DNA from: an uncultured Fibrobacteraceae bacterium
GTDB taxonomy: Bacteria > Krumholzibacteriota > Krumholzibacteriia > LZORAL124-64-63
Direction of reading: 5' to 3'
Length of the DNA: 64,000 nt
Assembly: GCA_964607825.1 (NCBI GenBank)
Contig: CAZSNA010000002.1
Span: 39,770-103,769, forward strand
Position 1 is the first letter of the stretch; the number at the start of each line of letters is the position of its first letter. Both the position numbers and the translations under genes were made by a program. The notes beneath the pieces were generated by a model that did no database searches, was not told where the DNA came from, and saw nothing but the letters and a program-made list of their open reading frames with translations. Below are positions 54,761-64,000 of the stretch, in pieces.

Positions 54761-56062
54761 CTACGGCCGCTCCCGCTCCTCCTCCGAGAACAGCTCCCGC
54801 AGCGTGTCGAGCTGTCGCCGCCGCTCCTCGGGGCTCTCGGAGTTCTTGATGCTCGCCATGGATCGCCCGAGCACCTTCTTGATGAACTGCTGGAGGCTCT
54901 CCTCCACCGCCGCGGCCACGTCCGCCGAGTTGCGGCGGCGCACGTAGCCCACCTGCTTCTCCTTGAGAGTCTCGAGGTAGGCGCGGAACTCGGCGACGGT
55001 CGGGCGCAGGTCCAGATCCGTGATCCAGCCCCGGAACTCGTCCAGCTCTTCGGCGATGAGCGTCTCGGCGGCGGGGATGTGCTTGCGGCGGGCGGCCAGG
55101 TTGGTGCGGACGATCTCGTCCAGGTCGTCCAGGCCGAAGACGAAGGCGCCGTCCACGTCGCCGGCCTCGGGCGCGATGTCGCGGGGCACGGCGATGTCCA
55201 GCAGGAACAGGGGCTTGCCCCGGCGGGCGTTCACGGCGGCCTGGACCAGGTCGGCGTCGATCACCGGCTGCGCGGCGCCGGTGGTCGACAGCACCACGTC
55301 GGCGCCGCCGAGGGCCTCGCCCAGGTCCGACCAGGGTCGCGCGCGCACCAGCTCCCCCTTGCCGCGGTTCAGGTCGTCGGCCAGGGCCTCGGCGCGCTCG
55401 GGGCTGCGGTTGACCACCGTGAGGCCGCCGATGCCGGCCTGCAGCAGGTGGCGGGCCGCTAGGGCGCCCGTCTCGCCGGCGCCGACCAGCAGGCCCCGCT
55501 GCTGCGAGAGGCTCGAGAAGAACTTGCGCGACAGCTCCACCGCCGCGAAGGCCACGCTCACCGCGCCCGCGCAGATCTTGGTCTCGGTGCGTACGCGCTT
55601 GCCCGCGCGGAAGGCGCCCTGGAAGGCGCGCATCAGGATGGGCCCCAGCTCGTGTCGCGCCCGCGCGAAGCGGTAGGCGCCCTTGAGCTGGGAGGTGATC
55701 TGGGGTTCGCCGATCATCATGCTCTCGAGGCCGGCCGACAGGCGGTAGAGGTGCGCGACGGCCTCGTCGCCGTCCAGGCGGCGGGCGTAGTCGCCGAAGA
55801 ACAGGTCGGGGTCGACGCCGGCGGACGTCAGGGCCGAGGTCAGCGAGCGGCGCAGGCTGAAGCCGGCCTCGACCTCCAGGTACAGCTCGGTGCGGTTGCA
55901 GGTGCTCAGGGGCACGGCCGACACGAAGCCCGGCTCACGGGAGAGGGCGTCGAGGAAGGCGGCGGACGCCGAGTGGTCGAGGTGGGCCTGCTCGCGCACC
56001 TCGGTGGGGGCCAACAGGTGGTCGACCCCGCGCATGACCAGCTTGGCGGCGGTCCCCGTCAT
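54761..56062 (-). CDS. hemA: glutamyl-tRNA reductase
   Basis: ATG 56062 overlaps the upstream stop as ATGA. PLSTCNRTELY catalytic Cys motif. NADPH-binding LLVGAGETGALAARHL. Confidence 0.9.
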   Translation of the reverse strand: MTGTAAKLVMRGVDHLLAPTEVREQAHLDHSASAAFLDALSREPGFVSAVPLSTCNRTELYLEVEAGFSLRRSLTSALTSAGVDPDLFFGDYARRLDGDEAVAHLYRLSAGLESMMIGEPQITSQLKGAYRFARARHELGPILMRAFQGAFRAGKRVRTETKICAGAVSVAFAAVELSRKFFSSLSQQRGLLVGAGETGALAARHLLQAGIGGLTVVNRSPERAEALADDLNRGKGELVRARPWSDLGEALGGADVVLSTTGAAQPVIDADLVQAAVNARRGKPLFLLDIAVPRDIAPEAGDVDGAFVFGLDDLDEIVRTNLAARRKHIPAAETLIAEELDEFRGWITDLDLRPTVAEFRAYLETLKEKQVGYVRRRNSADVAAAVEESLQQFIKKVLGRSMASIKNSESPEERRRQLDTLRELFSEEERERP

Positions 56063-56922
56063 GCACCGCCTCCCGCGGCGAAATCGTGGAAGCTGGGGAA
56101 GAAGCGGTGGATCACGCCCATGGTCGCCAGGACGGTCAGGTAGGCCGCGATCGCCAGCACGGTCATGCGGCGGCCGCGCCAGCCCCACCAGCGATGGCCG
56201 ATCAGGCCCAGCAGATAGCCGAGGAAGATCACCCACGACACCAGGACCTTGGGATCGAAGGGCGTCAGCCGGGCGGCCGTGGTCGGGTCGACGCGCTCGG
56301 CCAGGTCGTAGAGCCACAGGTGGCCCAGGGCCAGCGCGGCGAAGAGCTGGGGCACGCCCAGGCGCGCGGCGCCGACGCTCATGCGCTCCAGAGTGTCCAG
56401 GGGCGGCAGGCGGCGGAACCACAGGCCGAACTGCTTGCGGCTGAGCTGCCGCATCTGCACCAGGTACAGCACCGCGTAGAGGAAGCTCAGGCTCAGCGCG
56501 GCGTAGGCCAGCAGCACCAGCGCCGCGTGGCCGGTGTAGCCCGGGTCGTCGAGCAGCGGATCGACGGTGCGCAGGCCGGGGGTGACGGCGCTGGCGACGA
56601 TCTGCATCACGGCGGCCAGGCCCACGATCAGCACGCCGGTCTGGCGCACGCCCGTGCGGTGCTCGATCACCGCGTAGATCAGCAGGGTGGCGAAGGCCAG
56701 CAGGGAGAGGAACGCCAGGGCCGAGGCCATGGGCACGCGTCCCTGCTCGACCGTCCGCAGCGCGATCGTCAGCAGGTGCAGCACGATGGTGGCGTCGAGT
56801 CCGCGTCGGCTCCAGACGCGGCCGTCCTCGGTGTTCTTCACGAACAGCCACAGGTAGGCGCCCCAGGTGGCCGCGTAGGCGGCCGGCAGCAGGATGTTCA
56901 GGACGGCCAGGGTCTCGTTCAC
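56059..56922 (-). CDS. cytochrome c assembly (CcsA/HemX-like) membrane protein
   Basis: GTG start at 56922. Polytopic. Positioned as HemX is in hemAXCDBL-type operons. W-rich segment GLIGHRWWGWRG. Confidence 0.75.
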   Translation of the reverse strand: MNETLAVLNILLPAAYAATWGAYLWLFVKNTEDGRVWSRRGLDATIVLHLLTIALRTVEQGRVPMASALAFLSLLAFATLLIYAVIEHRTGVRQTGVLIVGLAAVMQIVASAVTPGLRTVDPLLDDPGYTGHAALVLLAYAALSLSFLYAVLYLVQMRQLSRKQFGLWFRRLPPLDTLERMSVGAARLGVPQLFAALALGHLWLYDLAERVDPTTAARLTPFDPKVLVSWVIFLGYLLGLIGHRWWGWRGRRMTVLAIAAYLTVLATMGVIHRFFPSFHDFAAGGGA

Positions 56923-56923
56923 C

Positions 56924-58348
56924 TCAACGCTCTCCTTGCAGGTGGGCCAGGGCCTCGTCGGCGACGCGCTCCGCGTCCTTGACGCAGGCGTTGACCGAGA
57001 TCCCCCGGTACGAGCTGCCGGTCAGCAGCAGGCCGGGCCGCGCCGCCAGGCGCGTCTCGATGCGTCGCAACCGCGCCAGGTGGCCGGGCACGTACTGGGC
57101 GATGGCCCGCTCGTGGCAGAAGACCTCGCAGAGCTCCGGGGCGCCGCGCAGGCCCAGCAGGCCGCGCAGCTCGGACAGGGCGACGTCGCGCAGTTCCGCG
57201 TCGTCCGCGTCGAGGACGCCGCGGTCGCGGGGACCGCCGACCATGGCGCGGATCAGGACCCGATCGCGGGGCGCACGCCCTGAGAATACACTGCTCGTCC
57301 AGAGCGCACCGAGCAAGCGCCTTCTTTCGCGGGAGGGGACGAGCAGGCCGAAGCCGTCGAGGTCGTGGGACACGTCGGCGCGGTCGAAGCCGAGGGCGAT
57401 CACGGCCATGGGCACGTAGGGGATGCCGTCCAGCTCGGCGGCGAGGTCGGGGTCGAGGTGGAGGAGCTGCCGGGCGGTCGCGTGGGCGGGCGCCGCGGCG
57501 ATCACGGTGTCGAAAGGGCCGTGGGTCTCGTCGCCGGCCTGCAGGAGATAGCCCGGGTCGACGGCGTCCACGCGCGCGACCGGGCAGGCCGTGCGAAGCT
57601 CGGCGCGCGGGTCGGCGTCCAGGGCGGCGGCCAGCGCCTCCGGCAGCGTGGCGATGCCGCCGTCGAGGGAGTGCAGCACGCCGGTCGGGCCGGCGTCGGC
57701 CTGGCCGCCGCTGCGCCTGCGGAGCTTGAACAGCGCCTTGAAGAGACCGCCGTGGTCGCGCTCCAGCTCCACCATGCGGGGGAAGGCGGCGGCCAGGCTG
57801 AGCTCGCGGGCGTCGCCGCCGAACACGCCCTTGACCATGGGGTCGAGCATGGTCTCGGCGAAGGCCCGGCCCAGGCGGCGGGCGCCGAAGTCGTAGACGG
57901 TCTCGTCGGTGGCGGGGTCGACGTCGGCGCGGCCCAGGTCCCGGCGCGGCGACACGAAGATCTCGCCCAGGATGCGCGCCTTGTCCCGCGCGCGGAACAG
58001 GCGCGACTTCAGGAAAGCGGGCGGCGAGACGGGGATCTCGCACAGCCGTCCCCGCAGCATCAGGAAGCGTCGGCGGGCGGCGTCGGTGCTGCGCTGCAGC
58101 CGTTCGTCCAGGGCGAGGCGCTCGACCAGGCGCAGGGTGGCGGGTTCGTTGTCCAGGAAGCCGTTGGGGCCCCGCTCCAGGGTCCAGCCGTCGCGGCGCA
58201 GGGTGCTCAGGTTGCCGCCGGGCCGCTCGTCGGATTCGAAGACCGTCACCGACAGGTCGAGGCCGCGGCCGCCGTCGAGGAGGTTCAGGGCCGTGGCCAG
58301 GCCGGCCACGCCGCCGCCGATCACCGCGATTCGCCGTGTCTCAGCCAT
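56924..58348 (-). CDS. hemY: protoporphyrinogen/coproporphyrinogen III oxidase, FAD-dependent (HemY type)
   Basis: IAVIGGGVAGLATA dinucleotide fold. About 470 aa of HemY-like sequence through ...SYRGISVNACV. Confidence 0.85.
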   Translation of the reverse strand: MAETRRIAVIGGGVAGLATALNLLDGGRGLDLSVTVFESDERPGGNLSTLRRDGWTLERGPNGFLDNEPATLRLVERLALDERLQRSTDAARRRFLMLRGRLCEIPVSPPAFLKSRLFRARDKARILGEIFVSPRRDLGRADVDPATDETVYDFGARRLGRAFAETMLDPMVKGVFGGDARELSLAAAFPRMVELERDHGGLFKALFKLRRRSGGQADAGPTGVLHSLDGGIATLPEALAAALDADPRAELRTACPVARVDAVDPGYLLQAGDETHGPFDTVIAAAPAHATARQLLHLDPDLAAELDGIPYVPMAVIALGFDRADVSHDLDGFGLLVPSRERRRLLGALWTSSVFSGRAPRDRVLIRAMVGGPRDRGVLDADDAELRDVALSELRGLLGLRGAPELCEVFCHERAIAQYVPGHLARLRRIETRLAARPGLLLTGSSYRGISVNACVKDAERVADEALAHLQGER

Positions 58349-59417
58349 GATGCGCCTCTCCGTCGCCGTGGGCGGCCGTAATGAGATGGTCGGTCATGGC
58401 GTCCAGCCAGGCCGGATCCGTGCCGAGTGCTTTTCCCCGCGTGAAGTGCGTGACGCCCACCGCCTCGGCGATCTCCCTCAACTCGATGTCCAGCTCGTGC
58501 AGGGTCTCGACGTGCTCGCAGGTGAAGCTCACCGGCTGGATGTGCAGGCGGCGACGTCCGGCGGCGGCCAGGCGGCGGGTCTCGGCGACGAGATCGGGTC
58601 CGAGCCATTTGATGGGACCGACGCGGCTCTGGAAGGCCAGCCGGGGCTCGGCGCCCCCGTCCACGTCGTCAAGCCAGGCGGCGTGTCCGGACAGCCGGTC
58701 GCGAAGCGCGGCGTGGACGGCGGCGACGGTGGCGCGGGTCTGGTCCAGGTAGGGATCGCCGGCGTCCACGTACTTCTGCGGCAGCGAGTGGGCCGCGAAG
58801 AGCAGGGCGCAGTCGGCGGGGTCGGCGCCGTCGTCGGCCCAGGCGCCCAGCGCGTCCGCGGCGCCGGCGGCCAGGCTCGTCGTGAAACCGGTCAGCGTTT
58901 CCCAGCTCGGCACCACGTGGACCGGTGTACCGGGATGCCGCGCCGCGATCCCGTCGAGCACGAACTCCAGGGTGCTGCCGCTGGTGGCGTCGGCGTACTG
59001 CGGATACATGGGCACCACCAGGTACTGCTCGGCGCCCCGGGCCTTCAGCGCGTCGACGCTCTCGTCCGGGAAGGGGCGCCAGTAGCGCATGGCGACGCCG
59101 GGCAGCCAGGTCGCGCCGCGTCCGGCGGCGCGTTCAGCCAGGGCCTCGGCCTGCCGACGGGTCGTGGGCAGCTGGGGCGAACCGCCGCCGATCCGGGCGT
59201 AGCGCTCGCGCACGGCGGGCCCGCGCCGCCGCGCGATCAGCCGCGCCGCCAGGGGACCGATCAACCGCGGGATGGGGATGATGCGCGGGTCGGCGAACAG
59301 GTTGCGCAGGAAGGGCTCCACGTCGTCCGGCCCGTCGGGTCCGCCCATGCCGCAGAGGATCAGGCCGGTCGGCCGTGCGGGGTCGAGGCGGTCGGCGGGG
59401 TAATCCGGCATCCGCAT
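58341..59417 (-). CDS. hemH: ferrochelatase
   Basis: Start ATG 59417 (MRMPDYP...). LILCGMGGPD..VEPFLRNLF, VVPMYPQY, FAAHSLP, and the SFTCEHVETLHELD motif. Confidence 0.9.
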   Translation of the reverse strand: MRMPDYPADRLDPARPTGLILCGMGGPDGPDDVEPFLRNLFADPRIIPIPRLIGPLAARLIARRRGPAVRERYARIGGGSPQLPTTRRQAEALAERAAGRGATWLPGVAMRYWRPFPDESVDALKARGAEQYLVVPMYPQYADATSGSTLEFVLDGIAARHPGTPVHVVPSWETLTGFTTSLAAGAADALGAWADDGADPADCALLFAAHSLPQKYVDAGDPYLDQTRATVAAVHAALRDRLSGHAAWLDDVDGGAEPRLAFQSRVGPIKWLGPDLVAETRRLAAAGRRRLHIQPVSFTCEHVETLHELDIELREIAEAVGVTHFTRGKALGTDPAWLDAMTDHLITAAHGDGEAHHG

Positions 59418-59422
59418 GGCGG

Positions 59423-60799
59423 CTAGACCGTCCGGCTGAACAGCGGCTTCTCGCCGTCGCGTTCCAGGTAGGCGTCCAGCTCCATGCAGATGTTGCGGGC
59501 GAAGTGGCGACCCAGGTCGGTGATCGTCAGGCGGTCGGGTTCGAAGACGACGAAGCCCTCGTCCTCGTAGGGCCTCATGGCGGCCAGCCCCTCGGCGAGC
59601 AGCTCGTTCGCGGGCGCGCCGAAGGCCGCCTCGGTCAGCGACCAGGGCAGCTCGCCGTTGCACATCAGGTGCAGGATGGCCAGGCGGCGCAGGCGGTCGT
59701 CGTCGCTCAGGACGTGGCCGCGCACCACCGGCAGCCGGCCGGCGTCCACGGACGCGCTCCAGCCGTCGAGGGCGGCGTCGTTCTGGACGAAGCGATCGCA
59801 CACCTCGCCGATGCCGCTCATGCCGAAGGCCAGCATGTGGGGCGCGGGCCGCGTGGTGTAGCCCATGAAGTTGCGGTGCAGGCGCCGCTCGCGGCGGGCC
59901 ACGGCGAGCTCGTCGTCGCGCCTGGCGAAGTGGTCGATGCCGATCCAGTCGTAGCCCGCGTCCTCGAACATGTCGATCGAGAGCTGGAAGAGCGCGAACT
60001 TCTCGTAGCCCTCGGGCATGCGCGTGGTGTCGACCTTCTCCTGCTCGGGACGGACCCAGGGCACGTGGGCGTAGCTGAAGCAGGCCACGCGGTCGGGCTC
60101 GACGGCGATGATCTCGCGCAGGGTGTCGGCGAAGCTCTCGCGGGTCTGGCCGGGCAGGCCGTAGACCAGGTCCACGTTCACGCCCTCGAAGCCGGCGTCG
60201 CGGCAGCCGTGGTAGACGCGCAGGGTGCGCTCGCGCGACTGCTTCCGTCCGATGGCGAGTTGCACGTCGGGCTCGAAGTCCTGGATGCCCAGGCTGATGC
60301 GGTTGAAGCCGGCCGAGCGCAGGTGCGCCGCCTCCTCGGGCGAGCCGATGCGCGGGTCGATCTCCAGGGAGATCTCTGCGTCGGGCGCCACGTCGAAGCG
60401 GTCGCGCAGCAGGTCCAGGGCGCGCTCCACCTGCGGCGGCTTGAGGTAGTTGGGCGTGCCGCCGCCCCAGTGGATCTGCACCGCGCGCCGGCCGCGGCCC
60501 AGCTCATCGACCGCCAGGTCCAGCTCGCGCTCGACGCGGTCGAGGTAGCGGTCCACGGCGTCCTTTTCGCGCGAGACGACGGCGTTGCAGCCGCAGTAGT
60601 GGCAGTGCTTGGCGCAGAAGGGCAGGTGCAGGTAGATCGAGAGCTCGTCGTCCGGACGGGCGGCCAGGTCGCGCAGGGCGGCCCGGTAGTCGTCGGCGCC
60701 GAAGTCGCTCGACCAGGCGGGTACGGTGGGATAGCTCGTGTAGCGCGGCCCGGCCTTGTCGTGGCGGGCCAGCAGCTCGCGGGACACCTCGACGGCCAT
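59423..60799 (-). CDS. hemN: oxygen-independent coproporphyrinogen III oxidase (radical SAM)
   Basis: GPRYTSYPT; radical-SAM LHLPFCAKHCHYCGCN; GGGTPN. About 458 aa. Confidence 0.9.
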   Translation of the reverse strand: MAVEVSRELLARHDKAGPRYTSYPTVPAWSSDFGADDYRAALRDLAARPDDELSIYLHLPFCAKHCHYCGCNAVVSREKDAVDRYLDRVERELDLAVDELGRGRRAVQIHWGGGTPNYLKPPQVERALDLLRDRFDVAPDAEISLEIDPRIGSPEEAAHLRSAGFNRISLGIQDFEPDVQLAIGRKQSRERTLRVYHGCRDAGFEGVNVDLVYGLPGQTRESFADTLREIIAVEPDRVACFSYAHVPWVRPEQEKVDTTRMPEGYEKFALFQLSIDMFEDAGYDWIGIDHFARRDDELAVARRERRLHRNFMGYTTRPAPHMLAFGMSGIGEVCDRFVQNDAALDGWSASVDAGRLPVVRGHVLSDDDRLRRLAILHLMCNGELPWSLTEAAFGAPANELLAEGLAAMRPYEDEGFVVFEPDRLTITDLGRHFARNICMELDAYLERDGEKPLFSRTV

Positions 60800-60800
60800 G

Positions 60801-61832
60801 TCAGTCGCCCCTCCGGTAGCCCTGCACGGTCTCCACCAGCGTCGCGACGTTCGCCACCGGCGTCTGCGGCAGGATGCCGTGGCCCAGGTTGAAGACGTGG
60901 CCCGCGGCGGTGTCGCCCGCGCGGCAGATCTCCAGGGCGCGGCGGCGGATCTCCTCGGGGGTGCCGAAGAGCGCCAGCGGGTCGAGGTTGCCCTGCACCG
61001 GGCGGCCCAGCTTCGCGGCGGCCGCGGCCAGGTCGAGGGTCCAGTCCAGCCCGAAGGCCTCGCAGGGCACGGCGCGGATCAGGTCGATGAACGGCGCGCA
61101 GCCCTTGAGGAAGTAGACGCGGGGGACGGTCCCCTCGAGGCCGCCGAGGATCTTCTTGATGCCGGGCAGGACGATCGCCTCGTAGTCCTGCGGGTGGAGG
61201 ATGCCGCCCCAGGTGTCGAAGAGCTGCACGGCGTCGACGCCCGCGGCCACCTGCATGCGCAGGTAGTCGAGGATCTGGTCGGCGAGCTTGTCCAGCAGCG
61301 AGCGCAGCAGGTCCGGGCGCGAGTAGAGCATGGTCTTGAGGTGGCGGAAGTCCTTCGAGCCGCCGCCCTCGATCATGTAGGAGGCCAGGGTCAGCGGCGC
61401 GCCGGCGAAACCGATCAGCGGGGTGCGGCCGCCGAGCTCCCCCTTGAGCAGCTCGATGGTCTCGGCCACGTAGCCGGTGTGCTCCTGCGGGTCGACCACG
61501 TTCAGCGCGGCGACCTGCGCCTCGTCGCGGATGGCGGTCTCCATCTTCGGGCCGCCGTCGTCGAAGCGGAAGGGCGCGCCCATGCCCTCCAGGGGCATGA
61601 GGATGTCGCTGAACAGGATGGCCGCGTCGAAGCCGAAGCGGCGGATGGGCTGCAGGGTGACCTCGCAGGCCAGGTCCGGCGTCTTGCACAGCTCGATGAA
61701 GGAGACCGTCTCGCGCACGGCCATGTACTCGGGGAGATAGCGGCCGGCCTGGCGCATGATCCAGATGGGGCGACGGGCCGTGGGCTCGGCGCGCAGGGCG
61801 GAGAGGTAGGGGGATTCGGTCAGGGTGCTCAT
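60801..61832 (-). CDS. hemE: uroporphyrinogen decarboxylase
   Basis: Start ATG 61832 lies 4 nt after GAGGAG. RPIWIMRQAGRYLPEY signature; DTWGG. Confidence 0.9.
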   Translation of the reverse strand: MSTLTESPYLSALRAEPTARRPIWIMRQAGRYLPEYMAVRETVSFIELCKTPDLACEVTLQPIRRFGFDAAILFSDILMPLEGMGAPFRFDDGGPKMETAIRDEAQVAALNVVDPQEHTGYVAETIELLKGELGGRTPLIGFAGAPLTLASYMIEGGGSKDFRHLKTMLYSRPDLLRSLLDKLADQILDYLRMQVAAGVDAVQLFDTWGGILHPQDYEAIVLPGIKKILGGLEGTVPRVYFLKGCAPFIDLIRAVPCEAFGLDWTLDLAAAAAKLGRPVQGNLDPLALFGTPEEIRRRALEICRAGDTAAGHVFNLGHGILPQTPVANVATLVETVQGYRRGD

Positions 61833-61982
61833 GGGGCTCCTCGCGTTCATCGGCGCCGGTCGGGGTCGCGTGCGGGTCGAAAATAGCAGGGGGAAGGTCC
61901 GCTTATGTCATGGGATCGTCACTGTCGGGCGTTTTCCGTCATATCCGGAGGCTCGCGGGGAGGGGATGGCGAGGGGGGGGCG

Positions 61983-64000
61983 TCACCGGTCGCTCGTGAC
62001 CGGAGCGGAGTCCGGTCTCCCGGACGCCGGACCCTGTTCCGCCTGCAGGATCGTGCGCAACTGGTTCAGCAACGCGTGCGGCTCGTAGGGCTTCCTCAGG
62101 AAGTGGACGTCCTCGGCGAGCACGAAGGTGGAGTCGTCCGCATCCATGGCGTAGCCGCTCGAGAAGAGGAACAGCAGATCCGGCCTCGTCTCGCGTATGC
62201 GCTCGCAGACGCCCTTGCCGCCGAGCTTGGGCATGACCAGGTCCAGCATCACCAGGTCGATCTCGTCGGCGTGCTCCCGGAAGACCTGCAGCGCCCGCTC
62301 GCCGTCGTCGGCGGTCAGGACCGTGTAGCCCGCGCGTTCCAGGATGGTCCGGGTCAGCACGAGCACGCCCTCGTCGTCGTCGGCGACCAGGATGGTCTCG
62401 GTGCCGCCCCTGGCGGTGCGGGTCGGGCCCTCGTTCGCGCGGGCGATCGGCCGGTCGGCCAGCGGCAGGTAGATCCGGAACTCGGTCCCCTCGCCGACGA
62501 CGCTGTGGACGTCGATCATGCCCTCGTGCTGCTTGATCAGCCCGTAGACCGTCGACAGCCCCAGGCCCGTGCCCAGGCCGACCTCCTTCGTCGTATAGAA
62601 GGGCTCGAAGATGTTGGCGATGGTCTCGTCGTCCATGCCGCTGCCCGTGTCCGAGACGCTCAGGAGCACGTATCGTCCCGGCCGGGCCCAGCTGTGCCGG
62701 GCCTTGAACGCCTCGTCGATCTCGGCGTTGGCGGTCCTGATGGTGATGGTGCCGCCTTCGGACAGGGCGTCGCGGGCGTTGACGCAAAGGTTCAGCAGGA
62801 CCTGCTCGATCTGCCCCGAGTCCACGCGCACGACCCCCAGGTCGGGTCCGGGGACCACCTCGAGGGTGAGGGTCTCGCCGATCAGGCGGCGGATCATCCT
62901 CATCGTGTCGGCGACCAGCTCGTTCAGGTCGACGTAGCTCATCTCCAGCATCTGCCGGCGGCTGAACGCCAGCAGCTGGCCGGTCAACGACGCGGCGCTC
63001 TGGCCGGCCTTGACGACCAGCTCGATGTTCGTGTGCGCAGGGTGGTCCGGGTCCAGGTCGGACAGGGCCATGTTCCCGTACCCGCTGATCACGTGAAGCA
63101 GGTTGTTGAAGTCGTGCGCGATGCCGCCGGCCAGCAGCCCGATCGCCTCCATCTTCTGCGCCTGGAAGAGCTGGGCCTCCAGGGCGTCTCGCTCCTGCCG
63201 GGCCTGCTGCTGGTCGGAGATGTCCTGGTGGGTGCCGATGCGCTCGACCTCGCGCCCCGCGTCGTCGTAACGGCTCTGCCAGCGGTTGCGGAACACGCGG
63301 ATCTCGCCGTCGGGGCGCAGGATGCGGAACACGTGGTCGTGGAAGCGCCGGCCCTCGCCCGCCGTCCGCATGGCCTCGAGTACGATGTGATGATCGTCGG
63401 GATGGATGATCGAGAAGACGAACTCCGGCGTGATCGGCTGCGGCTCGCGCCCGATCATCTCCCAGCTCGCGTCCGACCAGGTGATCTCGTCGGTGACGAG
63501 GTCGTGCCGCCAGCTGCCGATGGCGATGATGCGCTGGGCGTCGTTCAGCGTGCTGATGCCCTGCCGCAGCCCCTGGATGTCGAGATGGGCGCCGAGCCCG
63601 TTCGCGATCCGTTCGCCGATCTCGCCGAACAGGCGACGCTGCGACTCGGTCCAGTGCGTCCCGTCGGCGCAGCGATGGAGTCCGATGAGCCAGGGCCTGC
63701 CGACGGTCGGGTGGATCGCCAGCTGCATGAGCACGCGGATCGAGTACTGCTCGAACAGGGGGGCGACGGCGTCGTTGGCGTCCGCCGGTTCCATGATGAC
63801 GGGCCCGTCCGCCGCGAGCATCCCGGCATGGACCTCGCTGGCGCCGGTGGTCATGGGGATCAGCCCCCCCCGGGAGAACGCGCCGGGCCACTCCGGCCGC
63901 GTCCGCTCGGCCGGCACGTGCCAGTTCGCCGCCGTGGGGTCGCAGGGGTACACGAACCAGGCCCGGTCGCAGTCGAAGGCCCGGAGCAGCGTGTCGAGCA
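61983..64000 (-). CDS. hybrid sensor histidine kinase/response regulator (GAF/PAS + HisKA/HATPase + receiver), 5'-truncated by window edge
   Basis: The frame stays open upstream of the GTG listed at 63953 (...LDTLLRAFDCDRAWFVYPCDP). H-box HDFNNLLHVISGY, N-box LNLCVNARDA, G-boxes DTGSGMD and GTGLGLS. Receiver ILVADDDEGV...DLVMLDLVMPKLGG. Confidence 0.8.
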   Translation of the reverse strand, partial: LDTLLRAFDCDRAWFVYPCDPTAANWHVPAERTRPEWPGAFSRGGLIPMTTGASEVHAGMLAADGPVIMEPADANDAVAPLFEQYSIRVLMQLAIHPTVGRPWLIGLHRCADGTHWTESQRRLFGEIGERIANGLGAHLDIQGLRQGISTLNDAQRIIAIGSWRHDLVTDEITWSDASWEMIGREPQPITPEFVFSIIHPDDHHIVLEAMRTAGEGRRFHDHVFRILRPDGEIRVFRNRWQSRYDDAGREVERIGTHQDISDQQQARQERDALEAQLFQAQKMEAIGLLAGGIAHDFNNLLHVISGYGNMALSDLDPDHPAHTNIELVVKAGQSAASLTGQLLAFSRRQMLEMSYVDLNELVADTMRMIRRLIGETLTLEVVPGPDLGVVRVDSGQIEQVLLNLCVNARDALSEGGTITIRTANAEIDEAFKARHSWARPGRYVLLSVSDTGSGMDDETIANIFEPFYTTKEVGLGTGLGLSTVYGLIKQHEGMIDVHSVVGEGTEFRIYLPLADRPIARANEGPTRTARGGTETILVADDDEGVLVLTRTILERAGYTVLTADDGERALQVFREHADEIDLVMLDLVMPKLGGKGVCERIRETRPDLLFLFSSGYAMDADDSTFVLAEDVHFLRKPYEPHALLNQLRTILQAEQGPASGRPDSAPVTSDR

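Overview
Very GC-rich bacterial chromosomal fragment. Composition was judged by eye, not computed. Most long six-frame ORFs are Arg/Gly/Pro-rich shadows of the real genes. I call about 50 protein genes and see no rRNA, tRNA or CRISPR array.

Layout:
- 1-20 kb: a secretome cluster. It holds cohesin/dockerin/FN3 surface proteins with T9SS/FlgD-Ig-type C-terminal domains, an IS110-family insertion, two M14 carboxypeptidase paralogs and a giant lipoprotein.
- 20-32 kb: clpB, then an accessory-looking patch. It contains a degenerate FtsZ-like/TIR fusion gene, a lamin-tail-domain secreted protein, and a compact three-gene operon (SLOG; tandem-SLATT membrane protein; PfkB-like/AAA+/RyR-domain protein).
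- 32-50 kb: housekeeping and envelope genes. These are thioredoxin-like, serpin, OMPs, HD-like, sulfatase-like, ferredoxin, HtrA, a glycosyltransferase, a beta-lactamase-family hydrolase, a hybrid kinase and two tandem C10 cysteine peptidases.
- 50-54.8 kb: an OmpR/HK pair. Divergent from it is a translationally coupled trio (Cys-rich 60-aa peptide, LpxL-like acyltransferase, M50-like metalloprotease) with a BrnT/BrnA toxin-antitoxin cassette joined to its 3' end.
- 54.8-61.8 kb: a tightly packed heme operon (hemE-hemN-hemH-hemY-ccsA-like-hemA).
- 62-64 kb: a 5'-truncated hybrid kinase.

Best candidates for an undescribed system, in order:
1. The SLOG/SLATT/PfkB-AAA+-RyR operon (27.7-31.9 kb).
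2. The FtsZ-like-TIR protein (22.9-24.7 kb).
3. The peptide/acyltransferase/M50 trio (51.9-54.3 kb).

All domain calls come from motif recognition by eye. They need HMM or structure-prediction confirmation.
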